The notes beneath the pieces are model-generated. The model saw nothing but the letters and a program-made list of their open reading frames with translations. It had not been told where the DNA came from and made no database searches. Source: Dicyema japonicum (lineage: Eukaryota > Animalia > Dicyemida). Taken from it: a stretch of DNA of 64,000 nucleotides. This document shows, piece after piece, positions 38,091-50,099 of this stretch. The translations under genes and the position numbers were made by a program. The first letter of the stretch is position 1. Each line of letters begins with the position of its first letter. The DNA lies in contig RDEW01000043.1 of the NCBI GenBank assembly GCA_011109175.1, forward strand, positions 62,001 to 126,000, in the 5' to 3' direction.

Positions 38091-39339
38091 TCGCCCTTTT
38101 ATTAAAATATCCAGATTTTATAAATGTTTTAGAAGTATTCCCATTGATCCAACGAGTTACTTTATAGGCTTAATATTTTTATTTTAAATAAAATTATGTT
38201 TCTTATTTATTTATTTAATAAAATAAAATTATTTTCTGAGGGAAATGTGTCATACGTTAAGATTATTTATTATTAATGCACTTTCTTTATGACTTGGTCC
38301 TTACAAAGCTAGTGCAACACGCGAAACTAACATCAATATCATACTCTTCCATTTGTTCCTGCCACAAGCTAGCTCCCGTAGTCCAAGTCCTCTTCTTCTT
38401 TAAGAGTCCACTTATTGTTTCGAAAGTTCTCTTCCAAAACCATGTGGATCGAGGTCATTGATCGTCACGAATCAGAGAATATCAGGGAACTTTTAACGGG
38501 CACTTACCTGCGATTTCCAGATCGATTCTCAATATATTTTTAAAGAGTCTCCATCGATCTTCTTTGATTTCACCAAATTAGCCATCAACTCATCCACTAG
38601 TACAGGGTTCTGTATAAGTCATCTGCCAAATCGCTCTCCACTCTTTTTACAATTCTCCGGAAAGTTTATACGGTATACAGATGTTGTATCTGAATTGTTC
38701 GAACACCTTCCACAAGCGAAGTAGAGGTATATATCCGATAGTAGTCAGGAATTAATGGCGCCAGTTATGTTTCCTTTTTCCCCCGGAGTACTCATTTCCC
38801 CCTGACTGCCGATAATGTTGCACGAAACGTATGTTCCGGTTCAACATATGCCATCTCGATGGCCTGTAATCATCTGGAACGCTTACTACTTCGTTTGGAA
38901 CGCCTCGGTGTCATTGTTTTGTCTTTTAGGGGTATTGGTTTAGCCAATAATACCTCAGAGACGGAGATTATCAACATCTCTATCTCTGTCCACATTTTGT
39001 TTTCGTTGTCGGAGCTTTCAGAGATCAGTTTACAAGAGCAGAGATCACAGATTTAGGTGAATCGTCTTTCCTCAAGATTTGTTTTGCAAATGAGGGTCTG
39101 AATAGTGCTCTTTTCTCAAAAGAGTCTCTGCTACGCTCTCTATCTGGGAGGCTGAGGATCTTCGAGGGTTCACTGTATTTTTTATTGAAATTTAGGGAAA
39201 AATAATATGTCAAAATTATGTAAGTAGAAAGTCTAGAAATATTTTCCCGAACGTTAAATCGCTGGCAAGGCAGATTCGTAACCTTTTAACCTTGACATGT
39301 GAATTTAATAAATATCAGACCTTTAAATAATCAATTAAA

Positions 39340-39760
39340 TGACTCTTCAAGAACATTGGGCTCACGATCATCAGGTGCATGGCGTACTCGATACCTACAG
39401 GCAATTATGGAGACTTTGTCCTGAAAATTTGTTTTTGATATATTCGATAAGGAAGTCGTGAAAGGAACTTGCTTGGTAGTTTGACCCACAAATTTCCATT
39501 GTCTTGCTAGTAATTTTCTTGAGGACGCTTGGTGTCTCCTGAAAAATGCTTTTGAGACATCTAGGTATACTATCTCATTATGAAGTCTAGATGAATGCGA
39601 ATATCATGAAGAGTTCATTTTTCGAAGGACCAAATCGAGTCTAAGAATTTTCAAATAGAGTTAGTCAACTTTGTTCAACGCTTCAATCTTTGATGTGTTT
39701 GCTCATCTCGTTGTTGAGGGTATATATTCTGGAGATGTGAACATTGGTAGATAGCATTTG
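39340..39760 (-). mobile_element. LINE RT fragment
   Basis: Contains a VYLDVSKAF-like motif and the sequence gatcgtgagcccaatgttc shared with the LINE at ~54790. Confidence 0.55.
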
Positions 39761-40439
39761 TTTTATTTTTGTGATGTCAACCCACAGAGTCATAATAATA
39801 CCAAAGACCACGGTTCACCAAACTAACTAAACACCTGATCCTACCACGCTCTACAGAGACCTAAACTTGTCCCGATCCTCGTCACTCGATACCACACAAA
39901 CACGAATAGTCACGACGGCGCGGTCCACGGTTCATGGGTATCATGGATTCATGAACCCATAGATCTTTTGAAATTCATGAACCCATAGATCTTTTGAAAT
40001 TTTAGAGAAATTGGGAGTAGGAAATCACCCCATAGATCTTTTGAAATTTTTCAAACATGATAGCACTATTGTTTGTTTTTAAATCTACCGTCCGTCTTCC
40101 CAGTTTCTTGTCTGGTGTGAAGAGAGTTGAAAGGGGACATTACATTTAAAATGACTTAATAAATGTTAATTTAACTTTTTTAAATTAAATTAATAATATA
40201 CGAGATATATGACAGCGAAAATATTAATTAACGCCTCTTAAACCTCGAGACCACAGCAAACAACGTGTAATTAATTTTTAAATTGATAAATTAAATATTT
40301 AAAAAATAAAACAATATTTTATATTTATAAACAACTAATTAACATACATAGATTCATTTTATTGATATCATTAATGAATCGGGAACTTTCTCACTGGTAG
40401 AAGAGGAAAAGTCGTAACAAAATCCTGCTAATCGATCTC

Positions 40440-42640
40440 AAAATTTCTTCCAAACGGCGTGCCACAGAGTTCCCCTTGTCATCGTCGCTTTTAACTTATT
40501 CTTGCATGGTATTCCAATTGACTCGGACAAAAATTCCATAATCCTTGCGTATGCTGATGACATAATATATGCTTGCAAGGATAATGTGTTACTACAGCTA
40601 CAAACAAATTGCAAACTACTCTGGAAAGACTCCATGAATGGTTGAAAAAAAATTCAATTTCAACGTTCACAGAAAATCCTTTACCTCTTTTTTTACGTCG
40701 AATAGAAAGAAGGTTATCAAGCTATTCGGCAGAACTATTTTTGAATGTTGAACTAATCCCAAATAAGAAACAAGCCAAGATTCTGCGGGTAACATTTGAT
40801 ACTCTTATGACCTTCAGCACACATGTGTCAAGCGTAATCAGTGCTTCACGAAAGCTTAACTTTTTGAAGGTGCTCGTCTCAAAATTTAAAGGATTCTCAA
40901 AACAATCATTACCAACGTTATAAACTTAATTTATCGAACCAACTATAAGTTATGGATGTGTAGCTTGGGGAACAAAACTTGCCAAAACAAACATAGATAA
41001 GATCAACTCCCCCTAATCAAATATGACCGAAACAATCTCTCGAATAACAGGACTACCAATAAGGGCAACCCATAAGGTCCTTATGAGGAATTCCGGCGGC
41101 ATATTCACCCAAAATGGAAAACTGCCAGAAGAACGGTGTTATCGAAAATGTGTCGGTTTCCGAGAGTGACACCGGGAAAAGATGAGAATATTGCTGAGAG
41201 AAACCGGGATCTAAAGGTTTCTTCAATATCAAATGCCATTTCATCAATTCTGGAGGAGACAGAACTATTGCTGAGAGGAATTGATAAAATTATTTGATCA
41301 GAATCAACCATTAAATCAGTATCTCTTTGACAGTTTGTAATCTTAAAGACTCTCCAATTGTATGAGGTTTGGAGTTTGATCCCAGATGACAAAAAAGAGC
41401 TGTCTGCAATGTACTGTAATTTCCGACGAGGAACTGCTTATTGTTGATGGTACTGTCAGTTTCTTGGAAGTGATGACGGCTATCAGGGAATGCAAGGTCA
41501 ATGCTCCAGGATATGACCACATATCAATTAAACTTATCAATAAAGGTCCAAATATTTTATTTGATAATTTTCGATGTCTTTACGATGGGTGTTCAAAGTT
41601 TAGCCATTTCCCTTGAAAAAGCTGTCGTGAGGATGATTCCAAAACCAAAAAAGTCAGAGAAATCCGAGAGCAACCGCCCAATTAGCTTAATATGTTCTTT
41701 CGTGAGATTGATTGAACGTATCACTTTCAAGAGGCTAAGCAGACATATAGATGAGAATGACTTTCTGATTCCATAGCAGTGCGGTTTTCGTCCCGGAAGA
41801 GGCTGTGCAGATTGTTTCTTTCTACCGAATTCTGAAATCACGAAAGCAAGGGGTACCAAAAGAAAAATAAACTTATTATGTCTTGATATTTCGAAAGAAT
41901 TCGATAGGGTATGCCATGAAGCGTTGACAAAATAGCTTTTATCAGCATGCGTTCCAAGATACCTATTTGTATGGCTAAGAAATTATCTTCAGGAAAGACA
42001 ATCTTTTGTGAAGGTGTGTGGGAATATATCTGATGCAACATCATTCAGAAGAGTTCTACAAGGTTCAGTATTGTGCTCTTTTTTGCTAAAAATATTCATT
42101 AACTTTTCCACGTCCGAGGAATATTAATACTAGTCTTCTTATTTATGGGGAAACATCCCTAATATCTTTTATATCTGAGGAAAAATCCGGGAGTATGTGG
42201 ACTAGATTTAGCAATGGTGGAGCATGAGAGGGTTAAAGCTTTCTGCTGAAAAATCAAGCGCACTCGGAATAAGCCGTGGAAATAAAAACACTTTAAACAG
42301 GAATAGAGACTGAGAGTGAACAGTACATGCCGTCTGCGTTATTTGGGGTTGGACTATGGATACGTGGGAGATTACATGGACGACATAAGGGGGAGGAAGA
42401 GAGCCTATCAGTCACTAATATGTAAAAGAAAGTTACACGTTAGCCGTGAACCCTACCTGTTAATCTTCAAGGGAGTTATTCTCCCTAGCCTATTTATGGG
42501 TGCGCGAGATAGTTCTTCTCTCCGAAGAGGTATGGGATCTTACTGGGAGAAACGTTTTGAGCTTGCTGACAATGACTTCTCTTCAATTGTTCCAAAATTT
42601 TACTCCTGTTTCCTGTGGGATTTCGACTTCTGAAAACGAA
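40440..42640 (+). mobile_element. Two consecutive Jockey/I-group LINE ORF2 fragments
   Basis: 40440-41020 has ILAYADDIIY...LERLHEW. 41040-42640 has EVMTAIRECKVNAPGYDHI, NRPISLICSFVRLIERI, QCGFRPGRGC and LDISKEFDRVCH. Confidence 0.8.
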
Positions 42641-43880
42641 TTGATTTTTCTTGGATTCTCGATCACTAGGAATGCGATGCAGCATGTCCTCCTTGACAAA
42701 AAACAACTCCTATGACAATTGCTGGACAGATTACAGCTTCTTGACTCACACTCAGCACTATTCCTCATGAAAAAAGTGTTAACATTCAGAGAATCGCCTA
42801 TTTACTCAGGACAGTCCTATTCCCAATTGGAGCAGCTTGAGCACTTTGATTTGTCTTTCCTCAGCTCGACGGAGCAAATATTTAATGTCAAATTCGACGA
42901 TGCTACATGGAATCAAACTACACTCCCAGTTAGATTTGAGGGTATTGGAATCCGTCGTACTTTATACGTCTCACTTCCTGCACATCTGTCTTCACTCACG
43001 GCCTGCGAACCTTTGGTCATGAGAATTCTATACTCCCTACCCGAATTCTCAATTGACCAAGACATAATCCACGCACGAGAAGCCTGGAATGCCACCAACC
43101 TCCCCTGCCTTCACAAGACTGCCAGCGAAACCTGGACAATTTATTGTGCTGGAAATCATTTGGACTCCTACTGGAATCGGCCAATCAGCCTTGACGCTCT
43201 TGTTTGCTTTGGCTTTCCTGAGAGCGGAGCTTAGCTAAACGCCATTCCAAATGGAGCTCTGGGACTTTTCTGGATAATGAATGCATTAGAAGTGGTATCT
43301 CTCTGTGGCTGAGAGTGGAAGTATGTGTACCTCACCCGTGCCATATGGTGTCCTGATTGAATGCTATGACTTTCACTTTCTCGTCTGCAAAAGGAGCGCT
43401 GACAGATTTCCAAGGCACAAAGCTCTGAATGAAATTGTCAAGCGGGCTAGGGATGCTGCTGGATACTCTGCCATTCTTGAACCGGTTGGGTTGTGCAGAA
43501 GTGACGTGAAACGACCGGACGGGATGACTATAATTCTCTTTGAGACCGGGAAACCACTTGTTTGGGAGGTGACATGTACAGATACGTTTGCCCCGAACAA
43601 TCTTCACGAGTGCGCTTCAAAAGCCTGCTCTGCAGCTGTCAAGGCGGAGAAGGATAAACTCAAAAAATACGGCGACCTTCCGATAATGTCCAATTTGTTC
43701 CCCTTGCTATGGAAACTTCCGGATCCTACTCCCTCTCTACATTAGAGTTTTTCGGACGTCCTGGAAACCATATCACCTCATGCACTTGAGATCTCCGCGA
43801 ACGCCGCTGGCTGTTTGAGCGAATTTTGCTCGCAATTCTGAGAAGGAACAGCCACGCAGTGAGGGCGGCAGCTAACTAAT
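42640..43880 (+). mobile_element. CRE-like 3' half
   Basis: FNVKFDDATWNQTTLPVRFEGIGIR, PESGA, PRHKALNEIVKRA, LEPVGLCRSDVKRPDGMT, WEVTCTDTFAP and RRWLFERILLAILRRNSHAV. Confidence 0.9.
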
Positions 43881-44111
43881 GTTTTTCCCTATCATTTTAT
43901 TAATAACACAAAATTTAAAATTATTAATTTTTTTAATTTATTACTTTTTAATGGCTTTTTTGCATGTTTTTAAAGTACAAAATTATTTTTCAACATCAAA
44001 AATACTAAAATTCAAAAAAATAAATTAATTAATTAAAAATTAATTTTTTTTAACTATAAATTTTAAAAATTATAGCTTGTGTTTCTATTACCGGTGTTTC
44101 TTGTTGTAATA

Positions 44112-44500
44112 ATGGTATTTACCAGTATATAACTCAAATTAGTCGAGAAGCAATCATACACTGCTCCTAATGCAGACATCCCTAGAGAATGAGACAAAGA
44201 CCTTCATTGAGTTTGATAACGAGAATAAATGTTTAGAAAGTATCGATATTACTAACTTATAGTGATTTGTCGTATTTTCGAGGAGCATTTAAAGGCAAAG
44301 GTGACAAACGCGTCGAATCTGAGTTATTCATTGACTGATTTGTACCAATTTATGGACGCCTTCCCAAAGTTATCCTGTTTAGTGTATAACCACGTGGGTA
44401 AGTTTATAGCTTTGATTCAACCACTGGTTTGTATTCTCCTCACAACAAAAGCTGGATGAAACAGCAGATTTATCAACTTATGAAGAAACAGTCATCTTAA
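44112..44500 (+). CDS. ERH: Enhancer of rudimentary homolog
   Basis: Spliced product: M|SRSNHTLLLMQTSLENETKTFIEFDNENKCLE|MICRIFEEHLKAKVTNASNLSYSLTDLYQFMDAFPKLSCLV|FDSTTGLYSPHNKSWMKQQIYQLMKKQSS*. Introns are at 44115-44142 (28 nt), 44240-44262 (23) and 44384-44409 (26). Confidence 0.92.
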
Positions 44501-44879
44501 TTATTGCTTTACTGTTTTAATTCTATAATTCATGAGTGTAAATTTTTGTGTAATGCTCAGGATGCCATATTATAGCAGTCTTTCTGGGTTCGATCCCCTT
44601 CACTGACTACTTGGTCTAGGTTTTTCTTCTGTTCCTTATCTTTTATTTTCATAAAATAGTGCCGTCTTGCGATCCACCTGTCTCGGTCGACGCCAAATGT
44701 CTGGATGGCTCACAAAAGATTATTTGCTCTCCTTTACTTAATTGAAGGGGTTCTGAGGACTGCAATCTGTGGATACTTTCTCCTTTCTTTGCTGGTTCTG
44801 AATGGACTTATGCGTGATGTTGGAAAGTCTTTGCTTTTGTGATTGTGGGACCTGGACACATACATTGAATTGTGCATCG

Positions 44880-45780
44880 GTAAACATTCAGGAAGATAGT
44901 ATCTTTTCCAAGGAAATGATGAAATTGCGGACGCTTAGGAGGCTCCCCAGTGATTCCAGCGGTACCTTTTCAACTTTCTGATTGATCCAACAGCCACTGA
45001 GATTTCGAATACGATTGGAACATAGCGGAAATGTTCCCCCAAGTCTGAATATTTATTAAACTTTTTCCGTTCTGCATAGTCAGTAATTGGACTATTCGGG
45101 CGGGTTGGTAAAGGCATGCTAGAAGAAGAGGAGGGGTCGACAAACGTGACGTCCCATAGTAGAGATTTTTCATGCGAAAAGGGAAAGATCGTTGACTCGT
45201 TTGACTTCTTTCCGTATCTTAGAACCAAGTCTGGTGCTCGATAACGGGGACCTCCAGACAACATTTAATTATGTTGCACATGGATGCGTGTCTGGGGGAA
45301 TTTTCTCTCTGCAATATAAAAAACAAATCTTTGAATAGGAAGGGGTAGATGTTGAGCTCATTACAAGCGATCGGAAACGTGTAGGGTGGCCCCCAAAAGA
45401 ACACTGTAAAGTTTAGTCGTCCTCATGCGTCAATTTACCGATAGGGAGTAATTCTTAAGAAAGAATGGAGAGAGAATCAAAAAGACCATTAAATATGGAG
45501 ATGTTGACAACTTTTGTGTTTGAGTTCGTTACGGGATGGTATGAAGATGATCTATTACAGCTATACAAAGACTATCGATAGTCAAATCATCCAGATACCA
45601 TTAATGTGAAAGTTTATGCTGCGTGTTGCATCATCGATGGTAAAAATGAGTGATCCCAACGGGTCTCTTTCCCTGATAATCTTCTGAGTAGGCAGGATAC
45701 ACACTTCATTAAAGTAAAGAACAGTTATGATGACTAATCTTAAAAAGGAAGAACCAAGGTATGCTTTCACGTCTTTATTT
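44880..45780 (-). mobile_element. CRE-like element with large internal deletions (RT core plus 3' end)
   Basis: RERDPLGSLIF...IWYLDD at 45560-45760, then PRHASMCNII and TIFPFSHEKSLLWDVTFVD...KYSDLGEHFRYVPIVFE. Confidence 0.75.
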
Positions 45781-45855
45781 CTTTTTATTGTGTGAATCCT
45801 TTATAGACCATAGGGTTCCGCTGTGAAGTATTCACTGATGACGACGTTGTAACAT
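45765..45855 (-). mobile_element. SINE 3' body fragment
   Basis: The reverse complement cgtcgtcatcagtgaatacttcacagcggaacc...aaagacgtgaaagcataccttgg matches 62860-62985. Confidence 0.65.
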
Positions 45856-46139
45856 CAAAGATACCTAAAATAGCCTTAATTTCTACTAAGTTATTAAGTT
45901 ATGAATAAACGCAGCTAAAATATTTTTTATGCTGATGCAATTAAATCGTTGTAAATGATCGCGGTACCGGTTCACTTGTCTTCCCCCTAAGCACATATAG
46001 TATCCTCTAAGCAAGTATAGTACCCCCATAAAAATATAATTTTTTGATCATAAAATTTTTTTAAATTTTTCCCATAATATTGAAGAGTTTAATTAACCTT
46101 GGCTAAAATATTGAAGAGTTTTTTTTTAACTTTAAAACA

Positions 46140-48195
46140 GTGCTCTGCTCGATTGACATACGAGATCCCAGGGAAACTAAAGCTTTGGATCACAAACTTC
46201 CTAATAAACGAAAAGGACGTGTTTGCCTCGGAGGTCTGAAATCAATCTCACGGCTCCTCCCCAACGGAGTCCCTCAAAGATTTCCTTTATCCCCTGCTCT
46301 GTTTAACCTCTTTCTGGTTAATCTCCCGACTTGAATCTAATAATGATGTTCTACTTTCCTATGCTGATGATATTGTGTTGGCTTCGCGAGATCAGGATAT
46401 CCAGAAGGCTACAGAAAGAATACAAATTAACCTTGACAGGCTTAATGCCTGGATAATGGATGACGCCGGATATAATCTTAAATTATATCCAAAAAGGACT
46501 ATTAGTCGACAACCAACCAGAGGAGTACCTCCTGGACAGCACTTCCTCCAAATCTGAGCATACGAAGACGGCCGAGGGAGGCCGGGAAAACCTGAATTTT
46601 TTAATTTTGGCTATGACGGTATTTTTCTGGTTCAATGAATTTAATTTAATATAAAAATAAAAACTACTTTTTCAGCATGCGGTTTTGAATCTGAAACTCT
46701 CGTACATGTGATTTTTAGTTCTTCAACATATACGCGTTATAGAGGATCACGATGAAAGGAATAGCTCCATATTAAGTCATGTACATTTTCTAGAGCAACA
46801 TAATAATTTTTTATATCGGGAACAGATCGACTGATAATCAAATCGATTCACGTAGATGTCTTTAATAACAAATAAATCCCATCCATGTCGAGGTTATCTA
46901 ATACAAGACCGATTTTGAAACTCGGACGGCCAAAGTAATAACCGAGTTCATTCAGACCGATATCTCGCCTGTGTCCCTCTTCAAAAATTCTAGAAAAAAC
47001 CTTACCTTCCGATTAAACCCTCAACGTGGATTTAAGAAGTGTCACTTTACAACAACCCACTTTACATGCCTGACAAAATTCATCAACGAGGGCCAACAAT
47101 GCAAACATCGGCATCAAAAGACGCCAATATGCTCAATTGACACAAAAGACTTTTGACTCGGTTCTAATGAGATTACTTACAAGGAAGATCTTTGTCTCAA
47201 AGATTTCAAACAAATTGAAAATTCAGATTGAAAACATCCTTAACGTACGCAGAGGAAGGGTAGCACGTTCCACAAAATCTAATGGAGATTTAACCTCCTC
47301 CACAAACTCTATCAAGTTACTGGGTATCACGTACGACCCCAATAAAGACAGATTAATTAAATGACTAATTAACAATTCCTTCGTCCTCCTCAAAACAGAC
47401 ATATACAAGGTTCTCAAATAGACCTTGAAAAGATTAAGAACTTGAATTCACCTTGAAGAGATTAAGAGCTTAAATTTACCTCGAAAAGATGAAAAGATTA
47501 AGTGTGCTAGTCTGTTCTGTACATCAGACTACGCCGCCAACTCGACCTTCCGAAAAATTAAAAAAACAAAAGGAACAGTCTGTCGAGGGTCATAAAGCGG
47601 CCGTCTTGGCATAAAAATCAGCAGATTGACTACGATGATAATATAATCAGGTAAATCGATGTGAATTAATAAATCGTTCTTGCACTAAAATGGATTTCAC
47701 TGCAAAAATAATTCACTGTTCATTCCTAAAAAATGTACTGTGGTAAAGTGATTGTGGTTAAGCATTTTAAGTATTCACAACCTGTAAGATTTATTCACTC
47801 AACAGAAAACCGGAAACTCAGTTCGTTTTTTGTTTGTACCACATAAAATATTTATATAAACTTGCATCAACAAATTTTAAACATCTCTAAAATATTAGCA
47901 TAATTTGGGAAGGAAAAAAACGCACGTCACAGTCTTTCAAAAAGTTTCCAAAAATCTGGACCAAAATTCGAATCAACCCATCTTTAAACAAATCTTGTTA
48001 ACGAAAGCGGAACTCATTGAAGGCAGCCACCATAAAATTCTCGAATACCTTGAAGCCTACTCAAATACGAAGTAGTGTGGACAATGAAAATTTTAATAGA
48101 TTCCCCGTCGTCTTCCTCCTTGTCGGTCAGGGATCACTTGTTAGTTAAAGACTCTCTCCTTTCACTTTAACCGGTGATACTAAGATAAATAAAAA
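46140..48195 (+). mobile_element. Cluster of Jockey-group LINE fragments
   Basis: NGVPQRFPLSPALFNLF...SYADDIVL (46140-46440), SFRPIS and SIDTKDFDSV (46870-47400), and a 3'UTR with A tail (48110-48195). A related fragment lies at ~19950-20030. Confidence 0.7.
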
Positions 48196-48475
48196 AAAGA
48201 CACAAAGTGAACGAAATTTAAAATTTACGCACCAAATATAATTGAAATTCCTGCATAATTTAATCTGATTTTTAATGTATAATCATGTAAATCTTTTTTA
48301 TAAATTGATTATTATAATGAATTGATATCAAATAATTAAATTGTAAGATGATTTGAATAATCAAAGTTTGTACAATTTAATCAATTAATAACCATTAATT
48401 TAATAATGTTAAATTATTAATTAATTTAAAAAAACAAAAATTAAAAAAAATAGATTTTAAAATATTTCTGTAGCG

Positions 48476-49048
48476 ATGTCTGTGAAGCCGGTTTTTTTTC
48501 TATCCTGTGTTTCCTCAATTCTTGGACTGGGTCTGGCATCACTCTATGTATCAGTTAACATTCTCAAAGTAAACGAGAATTCACATACCATATATTCTCT
48601 CATAAACTCTTTAATCGTAAACTTATTTTTTCATGCAGATCATGGCCTCCGGAATGATCGGATTGTGCTCCAGAGAGTCATCTTCCACCTTTTTTGTTGA
48701 ATTTTGTCGATTATGCTGTAGTGTACCTTTAAATCGCTGTTTTCATTTGTCAGTATAATGTTCGGTACAATAATCTCAGTCTTCATTTACAGACCCAGAA
48801 TGTCCAATTCGCCAGAGATTAGTCACATTAACAGGACGTTCCTTTCCATCACTATTATTTCTGTCATTTTGGAGATCTTACATGTTATTTACTTTATAAG
48901 GGTAATTTTTCTAATTTCTTAGTTTCTCACAACTTCAAGGACTTCACGTCGTCAACAAAGGAACTTAGACGCGGAACTGTCACATAATACTCCGAGTGCT
49001 CCCACTGTCGATAAAATGCATTTTCCTCCCCCACCTTATGTTGAATAG
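48476..49048 (+). CDS. Orphan four-transmembrane protein with C-terminal PPxY motif
   Basis: Introns 48617-48638 (22 nt), 48696-48721 (26) and 48902-48922 (21) give an intact ORF with four hydrophobic segments, ending HFPPPPYVE*. Confidence 0.7.
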
Positions 49049-50099
49049 AATTATAATAAACTTTATTATGTCATTTGATAATTTAAGATGTTAATTAGTT
49101 GTCTTTTTTGAATTATCATCCAGCACGTGCACGAATCATTCTCCAAGTTTTTTAAATTTTGGTTCGGACAGGATTTGGGACAACGGTAAATTCATCGCGA
49201 GGTAAATTCAAGGACCACGTGGGTGGGTTTCTATATAGAAGAGGTCAAATTTTTATTTTTTTATTTATCTTTAAAATGTGATTTTGAGTATTAAATCGGC
49301 GATAGGAACCACATGGGCGGGTCCCAAATATAATTAGTTACCATATGGCTTAAACTCTTTGCCCGTTTTCTTGTTTTTTCAGCGAAGGTCAATTCTCGTC
49401 AGACAGATCGCACCCGTGAGGCGTCGAGTTCTTACGGCACGACACACTTGTCCTTGCCAACTCACTGGTGAAAGGTTCACTTTATGAAGACTCTTCCGCA
49501 TTAGAATGAAGTTACCACTTTAACAAGTAGACATGCCCATGTGGTCCATATCGTTGATTAGAATTTAAAAATCTCATTTTATCACTTTTTAGAGAATTGA
49601 ATTTTTCGATTTCTTTTTTCTTGGATACCTTCACACGTTGTTCCTTGAATTCACCTAGGACCCGGATTTGGTCCTGGGTACTTCTCAAAACTGGTGTTTC
49701 GTCCCTCAGTTAAGAATTTCCTGTTTCTGATGTCTCCCGATTCTTTCACCTACTCAATGCTACGAGAAAAGTGGAAATAGTGAGTTTCACCTACCATGAA
49801 ACTGCGTAAACATTTCGTGCAACTGAGGGCCGCCTCACTTCAATCACTTGGATAACTGATTAAAATTCTTAAGTTCGGTTTGACTGGAAAATTGTCTAGA
49901 AGTATTTTACAGGATAAATATGATGAAGCTTTAAGTTTGGTATTGTGATCTTAATCCGATCGTAATTATTTCGATTGAATGACCTTGATTTTAATTCGAT
50001 TTTTTTACAGACACAAAAAAGATTAGACACTTCAAAGAATTTTTTTAATCACTTCAAAGACTGATAAAGGAAAACAATTATTTTTAAATAATGAAAATT

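Noticed and set aside
39945-40050. Three copies of cccatagatcttttgaaatt
   Set aside because: A short local slippage duplication with no associated ORF or structure.
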